Below are positions 9,028 through 18,293 of a stretch of 64,000 bases of DNA, in pieces. The stretch is from Candidatus Krumholzibacteriota bacterium (GTDB lineage: Bacteria; Krumholzibacteriota; Krumholzibacteriia; JAJRXK01). Positions within the stretch are counted from its first letter, which is position 1. Each line of letters starts with the position of its first letter. Location: assembly GCA_963727455.1 (NCBI GenBank), contig CAVSGG010000017.1:160001-224000 (forward strand), in the 5' to 3' direction. The notes under the pieces are model-generated. The model made no database searches, was not told where the DNA came from, and saw only the letters and a list, made by a program, of their open reading frames with translations. Both the position numbers and the translations under genes were made by a program.

Positions 9028-12000
9028 TCTCCCATTCGCGTCCCAGGGGCAGGCCCTCTGGATAGAGTGAGCCTTCGGCCGGTGCCGTCGCGCCCTCTGG
9101 TTGGTAGCGATTGGAGTAGCGATTCAGGGTACGGAAGGTGCCCTGAACTCCGATACGGGTCTGCGGAAGATCGAACCAGCGCGGCGTACCCAGAGTGAAC
9201 GAGACATCCGCCATCAGCTGCAACGGGAAGGTCAGGTTGTGGTCGTGGTGGTAGTCGTACGGTCCGTAGTCGTGGACCTTCACGAAGCCGGCCAGGGAGA
9301 TGGATGGCCAGACGATTCGACTGTCCACACCGACCCGGTGTACGAGACGTGGATTGTCTCCGTTGGGCTCGGCCGTCCCGTAGTAGAAGTGACTGATCAT
9401 GCGAACCCGCGAACTCAGGCGATGGATCGTCCTGCCGTGCAGCTCCCAAAGGTCGCGCGCGGGCGTGGCTCCGGGGAACGCTAGAATGGTGTTGTCGGCG
9501 GAAATGAACAGACCGGCGTCCGCCGTGGTGTGATGACGCTTGAGGCTGAAGCCCAGGCTCGCCGCGAACTTGGCGTCCTCGCGAAGGTCGCTGTCCCAAG
9601 CCCACATCCAGGTCGCGGGAGTGGGGTCGTAGGTGATCATCAACTCACCGCCGGTGGTCTCGCGGTTGGCGCGAACTGCGAAGGGGTCGTCCAGGACGTT
9701 GCGGGGACGTCCCGTGGTGCCGGCCAGATCGCTCGAGTTCGGCATCGGACCCACGATGGGTTTTTGCCAGAGAAAGTTTGGTCCGATCTGCCAGTTGCCC
9801 ATCGTGACCGCTACCCCCGAGAGCGCGTTGACCTGGTTGCCCATTCCGCTATCTCTGAGATCCCAACCGGTGAAGGTGGGAATAGCGGTCGGGCCTGCTT
9901 CGGCCACGAGGCCCATGTAGGCACCCTCACCGTACCAGTGCCAGCGTCCGTGCTCCCAGGTGAGCTTGCCCTTGAAACCGAAAGTGTCCTCGGGCTTGAT
10001 CTTGTCCTGGCGAACGTCTTCCGGTGCTACGGGGCCGCCAGCGTCGACGATTTTCTCGTCCACGAGCTGGAAGGTCTCCCCCACGCGCGGTTGTCCCGAC
10101 CAGAGGAGGCCGCCCTCGAAACCGAAGGGTCCCAGGCCGGTCTGCATTTGCAGCGAGGCTTTCCGCGTAGAACGAATCGGAATCGCGATCGAGCTGGTCG
10201 CCTGCGTACGCTGGGTGAAATCCTCCTGGTACATTCCGGTCCATTCGATTCCGGCCAGCTTGCGGTCGTACTTGAGGAAGACGGCGGGGTTGGCTCCCCA
10301 CCACAACTGCGGTCCCATAGCCAGCTTGAAGCCGTTGAAGAACTTCTTGCCCGCGATCTCGAAGCCGATCGGCGCTTCTCCATTGTAGATGTCCAGGTTC
10401 TCTCCGTAGAAGGCGTCGCGATACAGTCCGAAGAAATCGCCCTCGTACTGCCAGTGCAGATGGCCGGTGCGATAGAAGCTGTCGAGCTTGAACCAGCGAT
10501 CATCCCAGCTGAGATCGGCCTGATAGACCTTTACGCGCTCGAGCGACTGCACCTCGACCGGATTGCCGTTCTCGTCGAGGAAGGTCTGAGGGCGTCCGCG
10601 GTTTTCGTAGAAGATCTCGTCGATGGGATTCTGGGGAACGTTGCCCAGAACGTTGAGCGAGAGCCTGCCGATGACGCCTTCGTTGGGCTTGGCTTCGATC
10701 TCGGCGAAGAACGACTCCCCGTGGTCGAAGCCCAGGAAGGAGGGATAGGAATCCTGTGGATTCGTACTTTTTGGGGTCGAGATGTTCTTTCCGCCCGTGC
10801 TGTAGCTCTCGAATTCCATCCGCAAGCCCGACACGCGCACTTTCTTGAGCAGATCCGCCTCGTAACTCGCGGCATCTCCGCGGGCCTTCAAGACTTCCGC
10901 CATCGGTTCGATCGCGCGGAAGTGCTTGCGGATCGTCTGCAAGTCGGTGGTCGAGGCGTAGGGGTCGAGCACGAACGCGTCGCGGAGAGCGTAGTACGCC
11001 GCGCGCGGATAGACCTCGTAGAAGCCCTGCGCGTCGGGGAATCCCTTCGCGGTGATGCCCCACCACTCCTCGTTCATGTTGTTGTCGCCCTCACGGTAGT
11101 CGGTCGGGTAACCGCCGTTGGGCCAGGAGGCGTTGGTGTCATGGATGTCCAGCCGGCTGTCCTGACCGAACTTCCACCAACCGTCGCTCCACTGGAAGAT
11201 CAAGCCTCCGATCGCGTTGTTGGCCTGACCCTTTCCCGCCGACTGCTCGTAGATCTCTTCCCACTGTCCGAGCAGGTAGTAGGCCTGGGAGGCCTGGTCT
11301 TCCTTCATGGTGATCGCGTTGAAGGCATCCGCTCCGAATTCCGTGAAGAGGGCGGGGATACCGAGCTTGTCGTGAACTACCTGGAAGAAGTCGCGCGCGG
11401 AAACACCGCGATACACGTTCGAACCGAAGACATCGAGGCCCGGGCATTCTTGGGCGATGATATCGATGTACTGCACGTCACCGTTCGCGATCGCCACCGG
11501 ATGATCGGGGTCACGCTTCTTGATGTCCTGGATGATCTCTCCGAAGAGGGAGTAGAGAAATCGCGCGCGGGCCGCATTCTGTTCCCCTTTGGGCAGGGCC
11601 TCGATTTCGAACGAGGACCAGGATAGACCGTAATTGTTCTCGTTTCCCAAGAGCCACATGAGAACGCCCGGAGTTCCCTTGTAACGATCGACCTCCGCCG
11701 CCAACCGTTCCTTGAGGAACGCCCGCACCTTGGGGTCGCTGTAATCGGTTGTGGGATACCAGACACCGTCGATGGTCACTCCATAGCGGCCGACCGTATC
11801 GTTGAGGATGGTGTAGATCCCGTAGTTCCTCCACATGTACTCGATCCAACGCGGCTGCATGCCCGGCGCCTGTCGGATGGTGTTGATCCCCATGGACTTG
11901 AGCAGGGGCATTTCGCGGGCGAGGACCGCCACGATGAAATCGTCCGGCTGCCCCCAGAAGTCGTAGCTGTAGTTCTGCCCGATGGGTAGGTAGCCCCAGT

Positions 12001-12202
12001 TCATCCCGAAGACCATGAAGTCCTGGCCGTCCACCTGGAGCCGGCTGCCCTCCGCGTCGTTCACGACCGTGATGGAAGGCAACTCGGTGCCGCTCGCCCG
12101 CGCGCTGCCGGCGGCAAGCAGTAGGGGCAGAACCAGGATCATCCTCCAACTCACCCGGAGCAGACGGAGTCGTAAGGAGTTGCTACTTGGGATCGGTTTC
12201 AC
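8999..12202 (-). CDS. Secreted GH2-like (clan GH-A) TIM-barrel glycoside hydrolase with a ~550 aa beta-strand-rich C-terminal region
   Basis: Signal peptide; LLGNENNYG (acid/base) and LFTEFGAD (nucleophile) motifs. GTG at 12202 has GAGGGG upstream and overlaps the GH1 stop. Confidence 0.78.
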   Translation of the reverse strand: MKPIPSSNSLRLRLLRVSWRMILVLPLLLAAGSARASGTELPSITVVNDAEGSRLQVDGQDFMVFGMNWGYLPIGQNYSYDFWGQPDDFIVAVLAREMPLLKSMGINTIRQAPGMQPRWIEYMWRNYGIYTILNDTVGRYGVTIDGVWYPTTDYSDPKVRAFLKERLAAEVDRYKGTPGVLMWLLGNENNYGLSWSSFEIEALPKGEQNAARARFLYSLFGEIIQDIKKRDPDHPVAIANGDVQYIDIIAQECPGLDVFGSNVYRGVSARDFFQVVHDKLGIPALFTEFGADAFNAITMKEDQASQAYYLLGQWEEIYEQSAGKGQANNAIGGLIFQWSDGWWKFGQDSRLDIHDTNASWPNGGYPTDYREGDNNMNEEWWGITAKGFPDAQGFYEVYPRAAYYALRDAFVLDPYASTTDLQTIRKHFRAIEPMAEVLKARGDAASYEADLLKKVRVSGLRMEFESYSTGGKNISTPKSTNPQDSYPSFLGFDHGESFFAEIEAKPNEGVIGRLSLNVLGNVPQNPIDEIFYENRGRPQTFLDENGNPVEVQSLERVKVYQADLSWDDRWFKLDSFYRTGHLHWQYEGDFFGLYRDAFYGENLDIYNGEAPIGFEIAGKKFFNGFKLAMGPQLWWGANPAVFLKYDRKLAGIEWTGMYQEDFTQRTQATSSIAIPIRSTRKASLQMQTGLGPFGFEGGLLWSGQPRVGETFQLVDEKIVDAGGPVAPEDVRQDKIKPEDTFGFKGKLTWEHGRWHWYGEGAYMGLVAEAGPTAIPTFTGWDLRDSGMGNQVNALSGVAVTMGNWQIGPNFLWQKPIVGPMPNSSDLAGTTGRPRNVLDDPFAVRANRETTGGELMITYDPTPATWMWAWDSDLREDAKFAASLGFSLKRHHTTADAGLFISADNTILAFPGATPARDLWELHGRTIHRLSSRVRMISHFYYGTAEPNGDNPRLVHRVGVDSRIVWPSISLAGFVKVHDYGPYDYHHDHNLTFPLQLMADVSFTLGTPRWFDLPQTRIGVQGTFRTLNRYSNRYQPEGATAPAEGSLYPEGLPLGREWEIRTYVQLAI

Positions 12203-13613
12203 GGGATTCCCCTCGAGTCTGGGTGGAAGTGGAGGCCGCGGCGAGTTTCGCCGGGATCTCGACGACAGCATTCGCGGAAACGACCTCTTTGTAGTAGTGG
12301 GCGCTGTCTTTGGGCAGTCGCTGTTGGGAGTCGAAGTCGACGGAGAAGATGCCGAACTTCTTCTTGTAGCCAAAGCCCCACTCGAAATTGTCCAGCAGCG
12401 ACCACAAGAAATACCCTTTCAGTGGCACGCCGTCCTCGATGGCGCGGTGAGCTTCTGAGAGGTGCGCGCGCAGGTATTCGATTCGCTTGGTGTCGGCAAT
12501 GCGATCCAGGGAATCGACGGAGTAGTCGTAGGCGGCGCCGTTCTCGGTGATGTAGATCTCGCGCGGTCCGTAATCCCGGTGGACACGAAGCAAGCTCTCG
12601 TAGAGCCCTTGAGGGTAGACCTCCCAGCCCATGTCGGTCAGCTCATGAGGTGGGGCCACCTTCAGGTCCTTGGGACGCCCATCCGCTCCGCCCTTCATTA
12701 CGACTCGGCTGTAGTAGTTCAGTCCCAGAAAATCCAGGGGGGCGGCGATGGCCAGCATGTCGCCATCCTGCACAAAGGGCAGCTTGGGACCTTTCAGGTG
12801 ACCCGCGCGAATCCTGTCCTCCACCGCATCGGGGGGATAGGAGCCCAGGAACAGGGGGTCGAGGTACCAACGGTGGAAAAAGCCGTCGAACCAGCGCGAC
12901 GCGTCGCGGTCCCTCGCGCTGGAACTGGCCGGATGCGCCGGGCAATGGATGATGACGATGCCCAGTTTCACGCGCGGCGACTCGTCACGCATGACTTTAC
13001 AGGCCCAGCCGTGGGAGAGCAGTAGATGGTGGGCCACACGGAGCGCCTCGGAAGGATCGGTGTGTCCGGGCGCGTGATGCCCCTCCTCGTGTCCCAGAGT
13101 CGTCACGCACCACGGTTCGTTGTGGGTCACCCAGCGATCGACGCGATCCCCCAGCCGGCGGACCACTGCCTGGCTGTATTCGACGAAAGCCTTGGCCGTG
13201 TCGCGCTTGCTCCAGCCACCGCGTTCCTGGAGCGCCTGCGGCAGGTCCCAGTGATAGAGGGTGGGGAAGGGCTCGATGCCGGCTTGCAGCAACGCGTCCA
13301 CCAGGGCGTCGTAGAAGTCGAGTCCGGAGCCATTGAGCTGCCCGTAACCGCGCGGAAAAACTCGCGGCCAGGAAATGGAGAAACGGTACGCCCCGAGGCC
13401 AAGCCACTTCATCAGCGCCAGGTCTTCCCGCCAGCGGTGGTAATGGTCACAGGCGATATCGGGGGTGGAGGCGTCCTCGATGGCCCCCGGCCGGGCCGCA
13501 AAGCGATCCCAGATGGAATCGCCGCGGCCACCTTCGTGCCGGCCGCCCTCGATCTGCTGGGCGGAGGTAGCGACCCCCCATACGAAGTCCTTCGGGAACT
13601 CCAAATTGGCCAT
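12183..13613 (-). CDS. GH1 beta-glucosidase
   Basis: FPKDFVWGVATSAQQIEGG, TLYHWDLPQ, THNEP, YITENG and WSLLDNFEW motifs; no signal peptide. Start at MANLEF (13613). Confidence 0.95.
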   Translation of the reverse strand: MANLEFPKDFVWGVATSAQQIEGGRHEGGRGDSIWDRFAARPGAIEDASTPDIACDHYHRWREDLALMKWLGLGAYRFSISWPRVFPRGYGQLNGSGLDFYDALVDALLQAGIEPFPTLYHWDLPQALQERGGWSKRDTAKAFVEYSQAVVRRLGDRVDRWVTHNEPWCVTTLGHEEGHHAPGHTDPSEALRVAHHLLLSHGWACKVMRDESPRVKLGIVIIHCPAHPASSSARDRDASRWFDGFFHRWYLDPLFLGSYPPDAVEDRIRAGHLKGPKLPFVQDGDMLAIAAPLDFLGLNYYSRVVMKGGADGRPKDLKVAPPHELTDMGWEVYPQGLYESLLRVHRDYGPREIYITENGAAYDYSVDSLDRIADTKRIEYLRAHLSEAHRAIEDGVPLKGYFLWSLLDNFEWGFGYKKKFGIFSVDFDSQQRLPKDSAHYYKEVVSANAVVEIPAKLAAASTSTQTRGESRETDPK

Positions 13614-13697
13614 GCTGCTCCGACTCTTCCCGGGTGCCGCCTCAGGGACGGGAGTCCTTCCCCGGGGCTGGTCCGGCGAATTCCCTGAAAAAGAATC

Positions 13698-13744
13698 TTT
13701 GTTCGGACTCCGAACATAGTGTATGATAGCAAGGGCGGTGTCAA
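13698..13744 (-). promoter_or_regulatory. ROK operator copy 2 overlapping the GH1 promoter in a divergent intergenic region
   Basis: TTTGTTCGGACTCCGAACATA at 13698-13718. Minus strand has TTGACA (13744-13739), 17 bp, CACTAT (13721-13716). Confidence 0.75.
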
Positions 13745-13787
13745 GCCCGCTCTTCCTCTGAGTTTCTCCGAAAGAGAGGTCACTACA

Positions 13788-14765
13788 ATGCGAAATCTGG
13801 TCATCGCCGTCCTGGCCGTCACGGCGCTTCTCTACCCACTCGCGACCCTCGCGCAGCCTTTGGCTTCGTATACACAGAATTTCGAGAGCCTGGTCCAGAG
13901 CGACGCCAACGCTCTGACCAACGACGGTTGGCTGGTTTACGGAAACGTCTATGACACCGACGGTACCACCTATCTGTACGGTTACGGTTCCTACCCGGCG
14001 CCCAACAACGGCGCTGCATTCTGTCAGATCGCCATTGGCGAAGGTGGATTGGAGCAGGGCGCACAGCAGCTCGTCGTGTTCAGCGACTACGAGAACACCG
14101 ATCACGCTTTGGGCTACTACATCGAGTCCAACGTCTTTCAGGAGCAGCCGATCGGCAGCGATGATGTCGGGAACACTTGGGTCTTCGAGTTCGACGCGAA
14201 GCTCGGCAATTTGGAACTCCTTTCTACCGCCTTGGCCTTCATCAAGACCATCGATCCGAACAACGGCTATGCGACCACCAACTTCATCACTTCGGACATG
14301 ACGAGCATTCCCTCGACATGGAATCACTACTCGCTGTCCATCACGATCGACGCGGGCCTGGTCGGCCAGTTGTGTCAGTTCGGTTTCTCGAACACCGCAA
14401 CCCTGTACCAGGGTTCGGGGGTCTTCTACGACAACATCAGCTTCCATCTGCAGGACGTGACGGGGACCACTCCAGTTCGTGCCTCAGTCGATGCGATCCT
14501 GCACCAAAACTACCCGAATCCCTTCAATCCCAGCACGAGCATCGAGTTCACCCTGAACAAGTCGCAGAGCGTCGAGCTTTCAGTCTTCGACATCGCGGGC
14601 CGTCGCGTGACCACTCTGCTGAAGGGCACCCTGGGCGAAGGTGATCATACGGTGCGTTGGAACGGACGGAGCGAGAATGGCGCTTCTGTGGCTTCAGGAC
14701 GCTACAGCTACGTCTTGCGGACGCAGAGCGGAGAGCTGTCGGGAAACATGATTCTCTTGAAGTAG
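13788..14765 (+). CDS. Secreted protein: ~200 aa beta-sandwich-like domain of unknown function plus FlgD-Ig/T9SS-type-A-like C-terminal domain
   Basis: Signal peptide; tail LHQNYPNPFNPST.I.F...V.LSVFDIAGRRV..L....WNG....G..VASG.Y; paralog of 20069-20800. Confidence 0.8.
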   Translation: MRNLVIAVLAVTALLYPLATLAQPLASYTQNFESLVQSDANALTNDGWLVYGNVYDTDGTTYLYGYGSYPAPNNGAAFCQIAIGEGGLEQGAQQLVVFSDYENTDHALGYYIESNVFQEQPIGSDDVGNTWVFEFDAKLGNLELLSTALAFIKTIDPNNGYATTNFITSDMTSIPSTWNHYSLSITIDAGLVGQLCQFGFSNTATLYQGSGVFYDNISFHLQDVTGTTPVRASVDAILHQNYPNPFNPSTSIEFTLNKSQSVELSVFDIAGRRVTTLLKGTLGEGDHTVRWNGRSENGASVASGRYSYVLRTQSGELSGNMILLK

Positions 14766-14790
14766 AAACCCCTTGCCGCGAGAGATGGCG

Positions 14791-17700
14791 ATGAAGACCA
14801 AGTCCAATCCCACGCCGGAAGTGCGCCCTGGGGAGATCCTCGGGGAATTCCCCAAAGGAGAATTCGTTCGTTTGGACGGGGAGATGTACTACCGGATCGC
14901 GGCGTACGACCTTCTCGAGCCCTTCCTGATGAGCGTGCCGAGCAACACGGACCTCTGGATGTTCGTTGCCTCGGGTGGTGGGTTAACAGCCGGTCGCGTC
15001 GACGCCGACGGAAGTCTGTTTCCCTACCGAACGGTGGACAAACTGCACGATGCCCATTATCACACGGGTCCTCTCAGCTCGATACAGCTCGAGGGAGCCG
15101 AAGGAAGGGTCCTACGCTGGGATCCGTTCGCGAGCGATGCGCTGCACAGTGCCGCGATCGAGAGGAACCTCTACAAAAATCCCTTCGGCAATCGGCTGGT
15201 GTTCGAAGAGATCCATCACGAACTCGGTCTTGCGTTTCGCTATCGCTGGGCGGCTTGTGATGAATTCGGTTGGGTGCGGACGGTCACTCTCGAGAACCGC
15301 TCCGAACGATTGGCGCGGATCACAGTGCTGGATGGACTCAGAAACATCCTTCCCTACGGTGCTCCACTCTCACTCTATCAGCAGGCGAGCAACTTGATTG
15401 ACGCCTACAAGCGATCCGAGGTAGATCGAGAGACCGGACTCGGCATTTTCTCGCTCACCTCCTGTATTACCGACCGGGCAGAAGCTCTGGAGATGCTCAA
15501 GGCGAACACCGTCTGGTGTTGCGGTCTGCAGAGATTCAAGGTCCATCTTTCGCTGGATGTGGCGAAGGACTTCCATGCACGGAAGGTATTGGGCGAAGAC
15601 AAAGTGCTGAGCGGTGCCCGCGGCAACTATCTGGTAAGCGCGCCCTTGGAAGTGAAACCGGGGGAGGTCGCTCGCTGGCACATCGTGGGCGATACCGGTT
15701 CGGATCAGGTTCGAATCGCCGCTCTCCGGCGGAAACTCCTCGAGGAAGATGATCTCAGCGCAGTCGTGGAAGAGAAGCTTCGCGAGGCGGAGAGAGATTT
15801 GCGACGTAACGTGGGAAGCGCGGACGGCCTGCAGCTAACCGCGCACCCGGAAAACTGGGTGCATCATTTCACGAATGTTCTGTTCAACAACATGCGCGGA
15901 GGAGTGTTTTTCAACAACTACTCCGTTCCTATCGGGGACTTCCGGGATTTTCTGCAGGTACGAAATCGTGAGGTTGCGAAGCGGCGCGCGTCGACCCTCG
16001 AGTCGTTGTCGAATTTCTCCGAGATCGAGGAAATTCAAGCCGTGGCACGGGCCTCGCACGATCGCAACTTCGAACGCCTGAGCTACGAGTATCTGCCTCT
16101 CTACTTCGGACGCCGTCACGGTGATCCCAGCCGTCCCTGGAATAGCTTCTCCATTCGAACCAAGAACGAAGCGGGCGTGAAGATTCTGAATTACCAGGGC
16201 AACTGGCGCGACATCTTCCAGAATTGGGAAGCACTAGGCGCGTCCTTTCCGGGATTCCTTCCCAGCATGGTAGCCAAGTTCGTCAATGCCTCCACGGTGG
16301 ACGGGTTCAACCCCTACCGCATCACGCGCGACGGAGTGGACTGGGAAATCGCGGAAGCAGATGACCCCTGGAGCAACATCGGCTATTGGGGCGATCATCA
16401 GATCATCTACCTCTTGAAGCTTCTGGAGAACCTGGATCGCCATCAACCGGAAGCGCTGGGCAAACTGCTAGGTCAGGAGATCTTCAGTTACACCGAAGTT
16501 CCCTACCGAATCCGTCCCTACGAGCAAATTCTGAAGAATCCGCGTCAGACCATCGACTTCGATCATGCCCTCGCGGCGCGCATCGAGCAGAGAGTCAAGT
16601 GCCTGGGAACCGACGGGAAACTTCTGTCAGCGGCCGATGGCTCCACCTACCATGCGAATCTCTTCGAGAAGCTGTTGGTGCCGGCCCTCTCCAAGCTGTC
16701 GAATTTCATCCTCGATGCCGGCATCTGGATGAACACTCAGCGCCCTGAATGGAACGATGCGAACAACGTGCTGGGGGGCGGGGGCGTCTCGGTGGTCACC
16801 CTTTGTCACCTCAGGCGCTACCTGGCGTTCATCGGGGAGCGATTCGAGCGATCGACGCAGGCCGAATTCCCCGTCGCGGGCGAGATCATCGATTGGTTGG
16901 ACGGCATCGAAGTCACTCTTCGCGAGGAGCACGAGCGACTCTCGGGCGAAGAATTGGGCGCGGTCGATCGCAAGCGCATGATGGACGCTCTGGGGAGCAT
17001 CTTTTCGCGATACCGCGATCAGGTCTACGCGAACGGATTCTCGAAAAAGCGCAGCCTAGAGGCGTCCAGGGCCGCCGCACTCTGTCGGCTCGCTCTCGCG
17101 CTTATCGATCGGGCGATCGACGCCAACCGCCGCGAGGACGGGCTCTACCACACCTACAATCTGCTGGAGATCGACGAGGTCCAGGGAACGGCCGAAGTGA
17201 TCCACTTACAGGTCATGCTGGAAGGCCAGGTCGCCGCGCTCAGTTCGGGGCACCTGTCTCCCGAAGAGGCGCTGGAGATTCTGCAGCGGCTCTTCAGCAG
17301 TTCGCTCTACCAGGCACAGCAACGCAGTTTCCTGCTCTATCCCGATCGGGAACTCCCGGGCTTCATGGCCCGGAACGTCATTCCGAGCGGGCGGGTGCAA
17401 TCCATCCCACTCCTCGTCGATCTCCTCGCGCGGGGCAATCGTTCGATCGTGGCGCGTGACGCGGAAGGAATGTTCCGTTTCCACGGGGAGTTCAAGTGCG
17501 CGCACGACTTGGCCCTTGCGCTGGAAGTTCTCGAGGAGCAGGAGGAATGGCAGAGCGGGGTCCGCCGGGACCGCGAGCAGGTTCTCGATCTCTTCGAAGA
17601 AGTCTTTGCCCACAAATCTTATACCGGGCGCTCCGGAGTCATGTTCGGCTACGAGGGCCTGGGCTGCATCTACTGGCACATGGTGGCCAAGCTGTTGCTG

Positions 17701-18291
17701 GCCGTGCAGGAGAACTTCCTGCGGGCGGAGGAGATCGGTGCATCGGCGTCGGTGCGCGAGGACCTGGCCAGCATGTATTTCAGGGTGCGTGCTGGGATCG
17801 GCTACGAGAAGTCCGTCGAGGAATACGGCGCTTTTCCCACTGATCCCTACTCTCATACCCCGGCCAGCGGAGGAGCGAAACAGCCGGGCATGACCGGTCA
17901 GGTCAAAGAGGAGATTCTCACGAGGCGCGGCGAGCTGGGCGTGAAGGTCCAGGAGGGCTGCCTGCGTTTTCATCCCCAACTTCTGAGCCAGCAAGAGCTT
18001 CTCGAGCAGCCCGAGGTTTTCCATTATTTCGACCTGGCCGGAGAAGAGCAGACCCTCGCCTTGTCCGAGGGCAGTCTGGTATTCACCTTGTGTCAGGTAC
18101 CGGTGGTCTTCCGGCGCGCGGCGGCGAAGCCGTGCATGCTGCTCGAGTTTGTCGATGGCAACTCGAGACTGGTGCCCGGCGATACCCTTCCGCCCGAGTT
18201 GAGCAGCGAGCTCTTCTCGCGCAGCGGCCGCATCCAGAAGATCACGGTGGACCTTGCAATAGGCAGCTTCCGCTCGAACAACCGGAGATGA
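14791..18291 (+). CDS. GH149 beta-1,3-glucan phosphorylase (probable)
   Basis: ~1166 aa, no signal peptide; RRHGDPSRPWN.F, YQGNWRDIFQNWEAL, YEGLGCIYWHMV.KL, GAFPTDPYSHTP and QPGMTGQVKE blocks recalled as conserved in GH149; GH16/GH17 neighbours. Confidence 0.8.
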   Translation: MKTKSNPTPEVRPGEILGEFPKGEFVRLDGEMYYRIAAYDLLEPFLMSVPSNTDLWMFVASGGGLTAGRVDADGSLFPYRTVDKLHDAHYHTGPLSSIQLEGAEGRVLRWDPFASDALHSAAIERNLYKNPFGNRLVFEEIHHELGLAFRYRWAACDEFGWVRTVTLENRSERLARITVLDGLRNILPYGAPLSLYQQASNLIDAYKRSEVDRETGLGIFSLTSCITDRAEALEMLKANTVWCCGLQRFKVHLSLDVAKDFHARKVLGEDKVLSGARGNYLVSAPLEVKPGEVARWHIVGDTGSDQVRIAALRRKLLEEDDLSAVVEEKLREAERDLRRNVGSADGLQLTAHPENWVHHFTNVLFNNMRGGVFFNNYSVPIGDFRDFLQVRNREVAKRRASTLESLSNFSEIEEIQAVARASHDRNFERLSYEYLPLYFGRRHGDPSRPWNSFSIRTKNEAGVKILNYQGNWRDIFQNWEALGASFPGFLPSMVAKFVNASTVDGFNPYRITRDGVDWEIAEADDPWSNIGYWGDHQIIYLLKLLENLDRHQPEALGKLLGQEIFSYTEVPYRIRPYEQILKNPRQTIDFDHALAARIEQRVKCLGTDGKLLSAADGSTYHANLFEKLLVPALSKLSNFILDAGIWMNTQRPEWNDANNVLGGGGVSVVTLCHLRRYLAFIGERFERSTQAEFPVAGEIIDWLDGIEVTLREEHERLSGEELGAVDRKRMMDALGSIFSRYRDQVYANGFSKKRSLEASRAAALCRLALALIDRAIDANRREDGLYHTYNLLEIDEVQGTAEVIHLQVMLEGQVAALSSGHLSPEEALEILQRLFSSSLYQAQQRSFLLYPDRELPGFMARNVIPSGRVQSIPLLVDLLARGNRSIVARDAEGMFRFHGEFKCAHDLALALEVLEEQEEWQSGVRRDREQVLDLFEEVFAHKSYTGRSGVMFGYEGLGCIYWHMVAKLLLAVQENFLRAEEIGASASVREDLASMYFRVRAGIGYEKSVEEYGAFPTDPYSHTPASGGAKQPGMTGQVKEEILTRRGELGVKVQEGCLRFHPQLLSQQELLEQPEVFHYFDLAGEEQTLALSEGSLVFTLCQVPVVFRRAAAKPCMLLEFVDGNSRLVPGDTLPPELSSELFSRSGRIQKITVDLAIGSFRSNNRR

Positions 18292-18293
18292 CG

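Noticed and set aside
9530-11626. Long alternative ORFs (also 3972-5390, 6954-8420, 17206-18474, 28318-29622, 36155-37762, 62694-63770)
   Set aside because: They are antisense or off-frame shadows of well-supported genes in GC-rich DNA and carry no motifs.
13614-14447. Apparent 278 aa N-terminal extension of GH1 (754 aa ORF)
   Set aside because: It is antisense to the 13788 gene and runs across the promoter/operator; GH1 homology starts at 13613.
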